Position numbers and translations under genes: made by a program. From an uncultured Candidatus Rokubacteria bacterium (GTDB lineage: Bacteria > Methylomirabilota > Methylomirabilia > Rokubacteriales > CSP1-6), in NCBI GenBank assembly GCA_963762145.1, contig CAVXJS010000015.1:256001-320000 (forward strand): a DNA stretch of 64,000 nucleotides, in the 5' to 3' direction. This document shows positions 50,667 to 59,210 of this stretch, piece by piece. The notes under the pieces were generated by a model, which did not search any database, was not told where the DNA came from, and worked only from the letters and a program-made list of their open reading frames with translations. Within the stretch, counting starts at the first letter, position 1. Each line of letters starts with the position of its first letter.

Positions 50667-51544
50667 GCTCGACCATGGCCGCCCGCCGCTATCCCATCGG
50701 CCCGCTCCCCGATCCCGGTCTCAGACGACCGGGTCCGGCGCTGCGGCGGCGGCGCCTGCCGCTGGGGGCCATCGGCTTCTCCGCCGTCGCCCACGTGGTG
50801 TTTTTCGGCGGGCTGGCCGCCGTGGTGATGTGGGGCGGCTGGCGCAACGAGAAGATCCAGGTCGTCAACCTGGTGCCGATGGTGGCCGCGGTCGGCAATC
50901 CCAACGCCCCGGCCGCGCCGAACCTGCCCGCGCGCCCGCAGGCCCCGGTGGCGCCGCGCGCCCCCGAGCCGGATCCGGCGCCCAAGGCGCCCACGCCGCC
51001 CCGCGAGGCGCCGCCGAAGCCGGTCCCGGCCCCGAGCCTCCCACCCCCGTCGCTGCCCGCCGCCAAGCCGTTGCCGCCGCGCGCCGCCGCCCTGCCCCGC
51101 CCCGGCGAGAAAGAGCTGCCGTCGCTGGCCACGCCGCCGTCGGGCCGGCCGCAGGGGGAGAAGACGGCCGAGTCGCCCCGTCCCCAGGAGACCGCGTCGC
51201 TGGGCGCACCTACCGGCTCGGTCACCGGCGCGGGCGCGCTCACGCTCGACGTGGGCGACTTCCCGCACGCGTGGTATCTCCGCCAGGTGCTCCAGAAGGT
51301 CGAGCAGGAGTGGCAGCGCCAGAACCAGCCCAACGACCCGCAGCAGAAGCCGCAGATCTACGTCGAGATCCAGCGCGACGGCTCGATCATGCCGCCCGCC
51401 ATCCACAAGAGCTCCGGCAACGCCTTCTACGACAATGCGGCCCTCCGCGCGGTCATGGCGGCGGGTCCCTTTCCGAAACTGCCCGACGACTGGACGAAGC
51501 CCTCGCTTCGCATTCTGTTCACCTTCGACCTTCGTCGCGGCTGA
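50663..51544 (+). CDS. tolA: TolA/TonB-like energy transducer
   Basis: TM with SxxxH, Pro-rich spacer, TonB_C (SSGNAFYDNAALRAV). Confidence 0.82.
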   Translation: MSSTMAARRYPIGPLPDPGLRRPGPALRRRRLPLGAIGFSAVAHVVFFGGLAAVVMWGGWRNEKIQVVNLVPMVAAVGNPNAPAAPNLPARPQAPVAPRAPEPDPAPKAPTPPREAPPKPVPAPSLPPPSLPAAKPLPPRAAALPRPGEKELPSLATPPSGRPQGEKTAESPRPQETASLGAPTGSVTGAGALTLDVGDFPHAWYLRQVLQKVEQEWQRQNQPNDPQQKPQIYVEIQRDGSIMPPAIHKSSGNAFYDNAALRAVMAAGPFPKLPDDWTKPSLRILFTFDLRRG

Positions 51545-51563
51545 CAACACGAATGGGTGAGCC

Positions 51564-52913
51564 ATGAACAAGCTGATGCGCCCCGGACGTCCGCTCGGCT
51601 TTCTGGTCGGATTGGTGCTGCTCGCCGCCCTGGGCGGGGCGCTCTCCTCACCGCCCGCCGCCCGCTCGCAGGCCGCCGACGTGCTGCTCAACGTGCTGGC
51701 CACCGGCGCCAAGAAGCTCAACATCGTGATCCCCAACTACACCGTCGTGGGTGCCCCCGATACCCAGGGGCTCGGGCGCGGCCTGGCCCAGGTCACCGGC
51801 CGCGACCTCACGTTCTCCAGCCTGTTCAGCGTGGTCTCGGATGTGCCCGCGATCCCGGTCGGGGATCCCGCCGCCCTCAAGGCCACCTTCGCCAACTTCG
51901 CGTCGGCGGGCGCTCACGCGGGACTGCAGGGAGTGCTCACCCTGCGCGGCGATCGCGCCGAGATCGAGATGCGGCTCCACGACCTGACCTCGCCCGAGTT
52001 CCGGCTCATCGGCACCAAGAAGATCGAGATGCCCGCGTCGCAGACGCGTCGGCTCGCCCACAAGGTGGCGGACGAGGTCGTGCTCCAGTTCACCGGCGAG
52101 GCGGGCGTCGCGGACACCAAGGTCGCCTACGTGACCTCGGGATCCGGCAGCAAGGAGCTCGGCCTGATGGACTACGACGGCGCGAGCGCGGCCCCGGTGA
52201 CGTCCAACAAGTCCATCAACGTCTCCCCGGTGTGGAGCCCGGACACCCGTTCGCTGGCCTTCACCTCGTACATGCGGGGCTATCCCTACCTCTACCGGAT
52301 GTTCCCGTTCGAGAACCGGCCGGTGCAGGTCCTGGCCGGCTTCCTCGGCATCAATACCTCCCCCGCGTTCAGCCCGGACGGGCGGTCGGTCGCCTTGACT
52401 CTCTCCCGCGACGGCAACCCCGAGGTGTACGTGCTGAACCTCGCCTCCGGCGCCTTCCGCCGGCTGACCACCTACGGCGGAATCGACACCGAGCCGAGCT
52501 GGTCTCCGACCGGGCGGGAGATCGCCTTCGTGTCCGAGCGGGCCGGGGGCGCGCACGTCTTCGTGATGGACGCGGAGGGCGCGAACGTTCGCCGCCTCAC
52601 CCAGGCCGGGTTCAACACCCAGCCCCGCTGGTCGCCCAAGGGCGACACCATCGTGTTCACGTCGCGGCAGGGAAATTTCGACCTCTGGGGCATCAGCCCC
52701 GACGGATCGAACCTCCGCCGGCTCACCGCCGGCCCCGGCAACAACGAGGGCGCCTCGTGGGCCCCGAACGGCCGCCATCTCGTCTTCCAGTCCAACCGCC
52801 TGGCGGGCGGCTATCAGCTCTTCACCATGCTCGCGGACGGCTCGGAGCAGCAACCCCTCACGCGGGCGCCCGGGGAGTCCACAAGTGCTTCTTGGTCACC
52901 ACGCCTTCCGTGA
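51564..52913 (+). CDS. tolB: Tol-Pal beta-propeller protein TolB
   Basis: AHKVADEV, MDYDG, repeated PxWSPxG (PD40) motifs. Confidence 0.93.
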   Translation: MNKLMRPGRPLGFLVGLVLLAALGGALSSPPAARSQAADVLLNVLATGAKKLNIVIPNYTVVGAPDTQGLGRGLAQVTGRDLTFSSLFSVVSDVPAIPVGDPAALKATFANFASAGAHAGLQGVLTLRGDRAEIEMRLHDLTSPEFRLIGTKKIEMPASQTRRLAHKVADEVVLQFTGEAGVADTKVAYVTSGSGSKELGLMDYDGASAAPVTSNKSINVSPVWSPDTRSLAFTSYMRGYPYLYRMFPFENRPVQVLAGFLGINTSPAFSPDGRSVALTLSRDGNPEVYVLNLASGAFRRLTTYGGIDTEPSWSPTGREIAFVSERAGGAHVFVMDAEGANVRRLTQAGFNTQPRWSPKGDTIVFTSRQGNFDLWGISPDGSNLRRLTAGPGNNEGASWAPNGRHLVFQSNRLAGGYQLFTMLADGSEQQPLTRAPGESTSASWSPRLP

Positions 52914-52975
52914 TACGATATTTCGGTCGTGAAGAAATGATCCCTAAGCGCATGAAACCCAGGAGGATTTGATTT

Positions 52976-53560
52976 ATGGCGCATCGTCGGGGAAACGTGC
53001 TGCTGGTTGCTCCAGTGCTCGTTCTTTCTCTCTTCCTCGCGGGGTGCCCGAAGCGGCCCGCCACCACGGCCGCTTCCGCGCCTCCACCGTCCGGAGCGCC
53101 CGCGCCCTCCTCGGCGGCGCCCCCGACGTCGAGCGCGCCGGCCCCCTCGATGACGCCGGCTCCGGCCGCGCCCTCGACCGCCGCGCCCTCGACGACGCCC
53201 CCGGCGCCGAGCGAGTTCCGTGAGACGGACAACCTGAAGGACGTCTTCTTCGACTTCGACAAGTACGACATCCGGCCCAGCGACGCCAAGCTCCTCGACA
53301 CGAACGCGGCGTGGCTGAAGACCAACAACAACCTCGTGCTGATCGAAGGGCACTGCGACGAGCGCGGCACCAACGAGTACAACCTCGCGCTCGGCGAGCG
53401 ACGTGCGAAGGCCACGATGAACTACCTGGTCGGCCAGGGCGTGCAGGCGAACCGGATCACGATCATCTCCTACGGCAAGGAGCGGCCCACCTGCACCGAG
53501 CACAGCGAAGCGTGCTGGGCCAAGAACCGGCGCGCGCACTTCCTCGTGAAGGCCCGCTGA
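52976..53560 (+). CDS. pal: Peptidoglycan-associated lipoprotein
   Basis: LAGC lipobox; FDFDKYDI, IEGHCDERGTNEYNLALGERRA, NRRA. Confidence 0.95.
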   Translation: MAHRRGNVLLVAPVLVLSLFLAGCPKRPATTAASAPPPSGAPAPSSAAPPTSSAPAPSMTPAPAAPSTAAPSTTPPAPSEFRETDNLKDVFFDFDKYDIRPSDAKLLDTNAAWLKTNNNLVLIEGHCDERGTNEYNLALGERRAKATMNYLVGQGVQANRITIISYGKERPTCTEHSEACWAKNRRAHFLVKAR

Positions 53561-53577
53561 TCGACGCGGAGTCCGTC

Positions 53578-54465
53578 GTGTCGTCCCGATCGACTGCGAA
53601 GGGGAGCCTCCGGCTCCCCTTCGCCGCTTGGACCCTCCTCGCGGTCACGCTCACCGCGGCGGCGGGATGCGCCGACGTATCCGGCCAGGCCCTGCAGCAG
53701 GACGTGGCCCAGCTCCGTCAGGACCTCAACTCGCTGACCCTCGCGGTCCATCGCAGCCGCGGGGACAGCGAGACCGTGGTGGGCCAGCTAGACCGCCGCA
53801 ATCGCGAGCAGACCGCCGAGAGCAGCAAGCAGAGCGCAGCGCTGAACGCCCGGCTCGACGCGCTCGCCGCGGAGGTCTCGCGCGTCACCGCGCGCGTGGA
53901 CGAGCTCTCCCAGCGGGTCGAGAGCCTCGGGCGCGCCGCGCCCGCCGCTCCCGCTCCTTCGGGTGGCGCGGCGCCGATTCCTCCTCCCGCGCGCTCCGGC
54001 GCGCCCGCGCCGTCGGTCTCGGCGGTTCCCCCGCCGGCCCGCTCCGGGGGCGCCAGCGCGGAGGAGAGCTACCAGGCGGCCTATCTCGACTTCAGCAAGG
54101 GGCTCTATCCGCTCGCGGTATCGGGCTTCCGCGACTTCCTGCGGCGCTTCCCGGACTCGCCCCTGGCCGACAGCGCTCAGTACTGGATCGGGGAAGCCTA
54201 CTTCAGCATGGCCCGCGCCACCGCGAGCCAGCCCGAGAAGGCGCGCGAGAACCTCGAGCAGGCGGTGCAGGAGTTCCGGAAGGTGGTCGTGGCCTACCCG
54301 CGCGGCAGCAAGGTTCCGACCGCGCTATACAAGGAAGCACTCGCCCTCGTGGACCTCAAGCAGACCGCGCTCGCCCAGGCGCGGCTTCAGTACCTGGTCG
54401 AGCACTTTCCGCAGTCGGAGGAAGCGCCGCTCGCGAAGGAGCGGCTGGCCGGTCTGAAGGACTAG
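53578..54465 (+). CDS. cpoB: Tol-Pal protein CpoB/YbgF
   Basis: AAGC lipobox, coiled coil, TPR (AQYWIGEAY, ALYKEA); follows pal. Confidence 0.88.
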   Translation: MSSRSTAKGSLRLPFAAWTLLAVTLTAAAGCADVSGQALQQDVAQLRQDLNSLTLAVHRSRGDSETVVGQLDRRNREQTAESSKQSAALNARLDALAAEVSRVTARVDELSQRVESLGRAAPAAPAPSGGAAPIPPPARSGAPAPSVSAVPPPARSGGASAEESYQAAYLDFSKGLYPLAVSGFRDFLRRFPDSPLADSAQYWIGEAYFSMARATASQPEKARENLEQAVQEFRKVVVAYPRGSKVPTALYKEALALVDLKQTALAQARLQYLVEHFPQSEEAPLAKERLAGLKD

Positions 54466-54975
54466 CTACGACTGCTCGTCCTGCTCCCCGGGGTTGAAGA
54501 CCCAGATCACCGTCACGTCGTCATCCGGGCTCGAATACACCATGACGCTGCGGTCCGGGTCTGCGGAGGAGACGTCCTGCACCACCACCGGCGCCGCCAG
54601 GGTCACCGGGGGGCTGGGCCAGACCACCAGGCCGACCGCGAGGCTCGAGACCATGAGGCTGCCGAAGGCGACCCGCGGGTGGCCCCAGATCGGCTTCCAG
54701 ACCGGCAGCCACCAGGACTCACGGACCGGCGGGGGCTTCTCGCTGGCGATCCGGATTCGGACCGCGGGCCAGAAACCGCTCCAGTCGGGAGCGACGACGT
54801 CCGGCCCGGCACTCCGGACCAGGAGGCGAAGCCGGGTGAGCTGCGCCACCTCGCCACCACAGCGGGAGCAACGGGCCGCGTGAGCCGTGGCCGCTCGACT
54901 GGCGCGGGCCCCGAGCCCGCCGTCGACGAGGCGCTCGAGGCGGGGACGATTCCAGAGACATCCGAGGCTCGGCAT
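54466..54975 (-). CDS. Zinc-binding anti-sigma factor-like membrane protein (zf-HC2)
   Basis: C...LVDG.L...HAARCSRC; one TM; short C-terminal domain ending VIWV. Confidence 0.7.
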   Translation of the reverse strand: MPSLGCLWNRPRLERLVDGGLGARASRAATAHAARCSRCGGEVAQLTRLRLLVRSAGPDVVAPDWSGFWPAVRIRIASEKPPPVRESWWLPVWKPIWGHPRVAFGSLMVSSLAVGLVVWPSPPVTLAAPVVVQDVSSADPDRSVMVYSSPDDDVTVIWVFNPGEQDEQS

Positions 54976-55055
54976 CATTGGAAGTATACCTCGTAGGCTG
55001 TGACGCGGTCTGGCCCTTGAATATTCCGGCCGGACCCCCTAAGGTCGGAATCCCT

Positions 55056-55699
55056 ATGGAAGAAGCCCTCGCGGTCCACGTTCCGGACGGTCCCGCCCTG
55101 GAGGGCCGGCTCGGGCCCGTCGCGAGCCCCAAGGGGGGGTTCGTCATCTGCCATCCCCACCCCCTTTACGGCGGCGATATGGACAATCCGGTAGTCATTC
55201 GAGCGGCCGAGGTCGTGCAGGCGGCGGGGTACGCCACGCTCCGCTTCAATTTTCGCGGGGCGGGCCGGTCCCAGGGGACCCACGACAAGGGCGGGGGCGA
55301 GCAACAGGACGTGACCGCGGCGATCGAGGCGCTCGCGTCCCATCTGCCCGCCGGGAGCCGGATCGGGGCGATGGGGTACTCCTTCGGTGCCGCGATGGCG
55401 GCCCGGGCCACCCGCCCGGGGATGCCGGAGGCGCCGCTCGGGCTGATCGCTCCCCCGCTGGGGATGTACGATTTCGACTTCCTTCACGGGGCTTCCTCGC
55501 CGGCGAGCCCGGAGCCCTGCTGATGGTGGCCGGCACCGCCGATTCCTACTGTCCGGTCGAGGCGCTCCACCGGCTGACCGCGCTCACGGCGGCCGAGGAA
55601 CGGATCATCGAGGGGGCGGACCACTTCTTCTTCGGGAAGCTCTATCCGCTCGGGGAAGCGATCGGGGCCTGGCTGGCGGGGTTGCCGCCGGCCCGGTGA
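55056..55699 (+). CDS. Alpha/beta hydrolase (COG2945-like), frameshift near 55500
   Basis: CHPHPLYGGDMDNPVV, RFNFRG, GYSFG, GTADSY, GADHFF. Confidence 0.85.
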
Positions 55700-56311
55700 T
55701 CAGAGCCGCTCGCGCGGCAATCGGGGCGGCGTCGCGGTGCCCGCGGAGAGGATGATGCGGATCCCTTCCTCCACGGTGAGGCCGGTGGGCAGCGTCTCTT
55801 CCTTCGCCACCACGATCACGTCGCCCAGGTACAGATTGTTGGTGGGCACGAACACCGTCACCATCGCCCGCTTGCCCTCGACGCCTTCGAGCAGCAGCTC
55901 GGAGGTGACGAAGCCGAAGACGTACTCGCCTTTCCGAGGGTGCTCGGCGAGGACGACCGCCTTGAAGGAGTTGCGCTGCTGGGGAGAGAACGACTCCAGC
56001 AGCTGCTTCACGGAGGGGTAGATGCTGCGGAAGATCGGCACGTGCTCGAAGAGGCGCTCGATGCGGGCGAGGATGCGGCGACCGACCACGTTGCGGGCGA
56101 TCGTGCCCATGATGAAGATGATGACGACCGCGGTGAGGAAACCCAGGCCGGGAATACGCCGGCCGAGGATCTGGGTGTACACCGGGGAGAAGAAATCGTC
56201 GATCGCGTTCCAGAACACCCACAGCAGCCAGGCCGTGGCGATCGCGGGAACGGTGGAGAACAGTCCGGTGATGAACCGAACCTTCATCCAGTTGCGAAAA
56301 CTACCCGACAT
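55700..56311 (-). CDS. DUF502 domain membrane protein
   Basis: FITGL, IPGLG, PIFRSIYPSVKQ, VFVPTN. Confidence 0.88.
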   Translation of the reverse strand: MSGSFRNWMKVRFITGLFSTVPAIATAWLLWVFWNAIDDFFSPVYTQILGRRIPGLGFLTAVVIIFIMGTIARNVVGRRILARIERLFEHVPIFRSIYPSVKQLLESFSPQQRNSFKAVVLAEHPRKGEYVFGFVTSELLLEGVEGKRAMVTVFVPTNNLYLGDVIVVAKEETLPTGLTVEEGIRIILSAGTATPPRLPRERL

Positions 56312-56320
56312 GTCGAATCG

Positions 56321-57076
56321 ATGAGATCACACGCCCCAGGGCAAGTCAAGGAACTGACCGGCAAGGTGGCGCTCGTCACCGGCGGCGCGGTGCGCGTCGG
56401 GCTCGAGATCGCGCGCGCGCTCGCCGACGCGGGCGCCGACGTGGTGGTCGGCTACCGCCGCTCGGCCGCGGAGGCGCGCGCGGCGGTGCGCGAGCTGGAG
56501 GCTCGCGGCGTGCGCGCGGCCGCGCTGCGCGCGGACGTGGCGCGGCCGCGCGAGGCGCGGGCGCTCGTGGCGGGCGCGATCAGGCGCCTCGGGCGGCTCG
56601 ACATCCTGGTCAACAACGCGGCGCTCTTCTTCCGCACGCCGGTGCTCACCACGACCCCCGCGCAGTTCGACCGGCTCCTCGCGGTCAATCTGCGCGCGCC
56701 GTTCTTCGTGAGCCAGGCGGCCGCCCGCGCCATGGGCCGGCGCGGCGGGCGCATCATCAACATCGCGGACGTCGGCGCGGTGCGCGCCTGGGCCGGCTAC
56801 GTGCCCTACGGCATCTCCAAGGCGGGGGTGATCATGCTCACGCGCGGCCTCGCGGTGGCCCTGGCTCCCCGGATCCAGGTCAACGCGGTGGCTCCCGGAG
56901 TGGTGCTGCTCCCGGAAGGGTTCCCGCGCGAATCGGGGCGCCGCCTCGCCGCGCGCATCCCGATGGGCCGGCACGGACGGCCGGCCGATGTCGCGGAGGC
57001 GGTCCGCTTCTTCGCCACCTGCTCCGACTACGTCACCGGGCAGGTGCTCTTCGTGGACGGAGGCATGTCGATTTAG
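56321..57076 (+). CDS. SDR, pteridine reductase (FolM/PTR1-like)
   Basis: TGGAVRVG variant cofactor motif, NNAALF, INIAD, YGISK, VNAVAPG, VTGQVLFVDGG. Confidence 0.75.
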   Translation: MRSHAPGQVKELTGKVALVTGGAVRVGLEIARALADAGADVVVGYRRSAAEARAAVRELEARGVRAAALRADVARPREARALVAGAIRRLGRLDILVNNAALFFRTPVLTTTPAQFDRLLAVNLRAPFFVSQAAARAMGRRGGRIINIADVGAVRAWAGYVPYGISKAGVIMLTRGLAVALAPRIQVNAVAPGVVLLPEGFPRESGRRLAARIPMGRHGRPADVAEAVRFFATCSDYVTGQVLFVDGGMSI

Positions 57077-57144
57077 TCGGAGGGGGCCTCGACGGCCCCC
57101 TCCGAGCCTCTCCCAACAACGGGTTGCGCCGGCGGAGCCGGCGC
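57077..57144. repeat. REP-like double-hairpin intergenic element
   Basis: TCGGAGGGGGCC-TCGAC-GGCCCCCTCCGA (57077-57105) and GCGCCGGC-GGA-GCCGGCGC (57126-57144) between convergent genes. Confidence 0.65.
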
Positions 57145-57179
57145 TCGAACAGACGTTATGCGAGCCGTCTGCGTAGGTT

Positions 57180-58070
57180 CTAGATCAGCAGGCGGAGGGC
57201 GCCCGGGTGGATCTCGATGTCGAGTGGGGTGTGGGCGCCGAGCTCGCCGTCGAGCTGGACGGGCAGCGGCGCAGGTGCGTCCACGCGCACGCGGGCCGCG
57301 CGTCGGATCGCGATCCGGGGATTGGCGAGATGTCCGCCCCAGTAGACCGTCGGGAGCCAGCGCGCCAGCTCGAGCCGGCCGAGCGCGCCCAGCCGCACCA
57401 CGTCGAGGAGGCCGTCGTCGGGGCGGGCGCCCGGCGCGATGTGCATGCCGCCACCGAACCAGGCGCCGTTGCACACGACCACGCTCGCCGCGGGCCCGGC
57501 CCAGGTATCGACATCGTCCAGGCGCACGGTCATCTCGACGGGCCGGTAGTCACGCAGGCTGGTCAGCGCCGCGCGCGGGTAGATCAGCCGCCCGCCGCGC
57601 GCGCCGGCCCGCTGGGCGACCACCGCGTCGAACCCCGTGCCGGCGCAGCCCAGGAAGTAGCGGTGACCGCCCGGCCACCGCGCGAGCCCGAGATCCAGGG
57701 CGACGACGTGCCCATCGGCCAGGCGGCGTGCGGCGCGCCGCGGATTGGGCGCCAGCCCCAGGTTCCGCCCCGCATCGCGCCCGCGTCCGGTCAGCAGCGC
57801 ACCGACCGTCACCTCATGCTCCACCCTCAGCGGCGCGAGGCCATTGACCACCTCGTTCAGCGTGCCGTCCCCGCCCACCGCGACCACGAGGGAGACGCCG
57901 GCCCGTGCCGCCTCGGCGGCCAGCGTCGCGGCGTGGCCCCGCGTCCGGGTCTCGACCATCTCGAAGGCAAAGCGGCGGGCCGCGAGCACGTCGCGGAGAG
58001 ACGGCCAGAGGCGCCGGGTGCGGCCGTCGCCGGCCGCGGGATTGACGATGAGGAGGGCGGGTGCGACTAT
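57180..58070 (-). CDS. Diacylglycerol kinase family lipid kinase (YegS/Rv2252-like)
   Basis: IVNPAAG, VGGDGTLNEVVNG, GFDA, GGGMHIAPGA, QLDGE; exact start unclear. Confidence 0.88.
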   Translation of the reverse strand: MVAPALLIVNPAAGDGRTRRLWPSLRDVLAARRFAFEMVETRTRGHAATLAAEAARAGVSLVVAVGGDGTLNEVVNGLAPLRVEHEVTVGALLTGRGRDAGRNLGLAPNPRRAARRLADGHVVALDLGLARWPGGHRYFLGCAGTGFDAVVAQRAGARGGRLIYPRAALTSLRDYRPVEMTVRLDDVDTWAGPAASVVVCNGAWFGGGMHIAPGARPDDGLLDVVRLGALGRLELARWLPTVYWGGHLANPRIAIRRAARVRVDAPAPLPVQLDGELGAHTPLDIEIHPGALRLLI

Positions 58071-58753
58071 GTGCGGCCGACGCGGCCGCCGCCCATGGCG
58101 CGCATGAAGTCGCGCATGGAGGGAAAGCGCATCATCGGGTTCTCGCGCTTCTCGGCGCCGATGGTGGTCTGCGAGCCGCCGTAGTTGTGGCCGGGCAGCA
58201 CCACCGTCTCCTCGGGCAGCGCGCCCAGGCGCTGCGTGAGCGAGGTGTACATCTCCTGCGGGTCGCTGCCGGGCAGATCGGTACGGCCGCACGAGCGGAT
58301 GAAGAGCGTGTCGCCCGAGATGAGGCAGCCGTCCACCAGGAAGCACTGCGATCCCGGCGTGTGCCCGGGCGTGTGGATGAACGTCAGCGGCACCTGCCCC
58401 ACCTGGAGGGTGTCCCCGCCCCGCACCTGGACCACGTCCGAGCCGAAACCCTTCAGGAACTCGCGCTCGTCCTGGTGCACGTAGACCTTCATGGGGTGCT
58501 TGGCGAGCAGCTCCGCCACGCCCGGGATGTCGTGGCCGAAGAGGTGGCCGCCCACGTGGTCCTGATGCGTGTGGGTGACCAGCGCGCCGACGAGCCGCAT
58601 GTCGTCCTGAGCGACGAGATCCGCGATGCCGTCGATCTCCCAGGCCGGATCCACCACGACGCACTCGCGGCTCGCCTGGTCGCCGATGAGGTACACGAAG
58701 TTCTGCATCGGCCCCAGCTCGATCTGCCTCAGGTACAGCGGGGACTGCGCCAT
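58067..58753 (-). CDS. MBL-fold metallo-hydrolase (glyoxalase II-like)
   Basis: THTHQDHVGG, HTPGHTPGS, SGDTLF, PGHNY. Confidence 0.9.
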   Translation of the reverse strand: MAQSPLYLRQIELGPMQNFVYLIGDQASRECVVVDPAWEIDGIADLVAQDDMRLVGALVTHTHQDHVGGHLFGHDIPGVAELLAKHPMKVYVHQDEREFLKGFGSDVVQVRGGDTLQVGQVPLTFIHTPGHTPGSQCFLVDGCLISGDTLFIRSCGRTDLPGSDPQEMYTSLTQRLGALPEETVVLPGHNYGGSQTTIGAEKRENPMMRFPSMRDFMRAMGGGRVGRT

Positions 58754-59142
58754 CAGTTCCCGTTCACCCACACGAGCTGGTAGTAGCCGCCGCTCACGAT
58801 CCGAGGCTGGTACCCGCCCCCCACCATGACCCCTTCTGCGGTGATGTAGCCGGGCACCCACACATAGGAGGTGTACGCGGTGGGCACCCACTGGTAGGCC
58901 CAGTACCCCGCGCAACAGACCACCGCCGGAGCCGTGTAGATCGGCGGGCGACCCGGATGCCCATGCGGCGGCCGCACCGGCACGCTGGGGGCCGGCCGGG
59001 CCTCGAGGGGACGCGGCGGCGGTGTCATCGCGAACGGGTTGGGCGCCAGGACGGTCGGGCGCACCTCCCCGGCGATGGCGGGACCGAGGGGGCCGGCCAG
59101 AGCCAGGAGTGCAAGACTTGCGATGGCGGCGAGTCGTCGCAT
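58753..59142 (-). CDS. Exported Pro-rich protein with aromatic WVP repeats
   Basis: Signal peptide; GYWAYQWVP, YVWVPGY, GYYQLVWV; TGATG coupling to the MBL gene. Confidence 0.65.
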   Translation of the reverse strand: MRRLAAIASLALLALAGPLGPAIAGEVRPTVLAPNPFAMTPPPRPLEARPAPSVPVRPPHGHPGRPPIYTAPAVVCCAGYWAYQWVPTAYTSYVWVPGYITAEGVMVGGGYQPRIVSGGYYQLVWVNGN

Positions 59143-59210
59143 GGTTGGTCGGACGCCTGTCACGGCAGCCCTATTCTGCCACGGTCGCCCCGGCCCGGGA
59201 ACCCGGGGCT

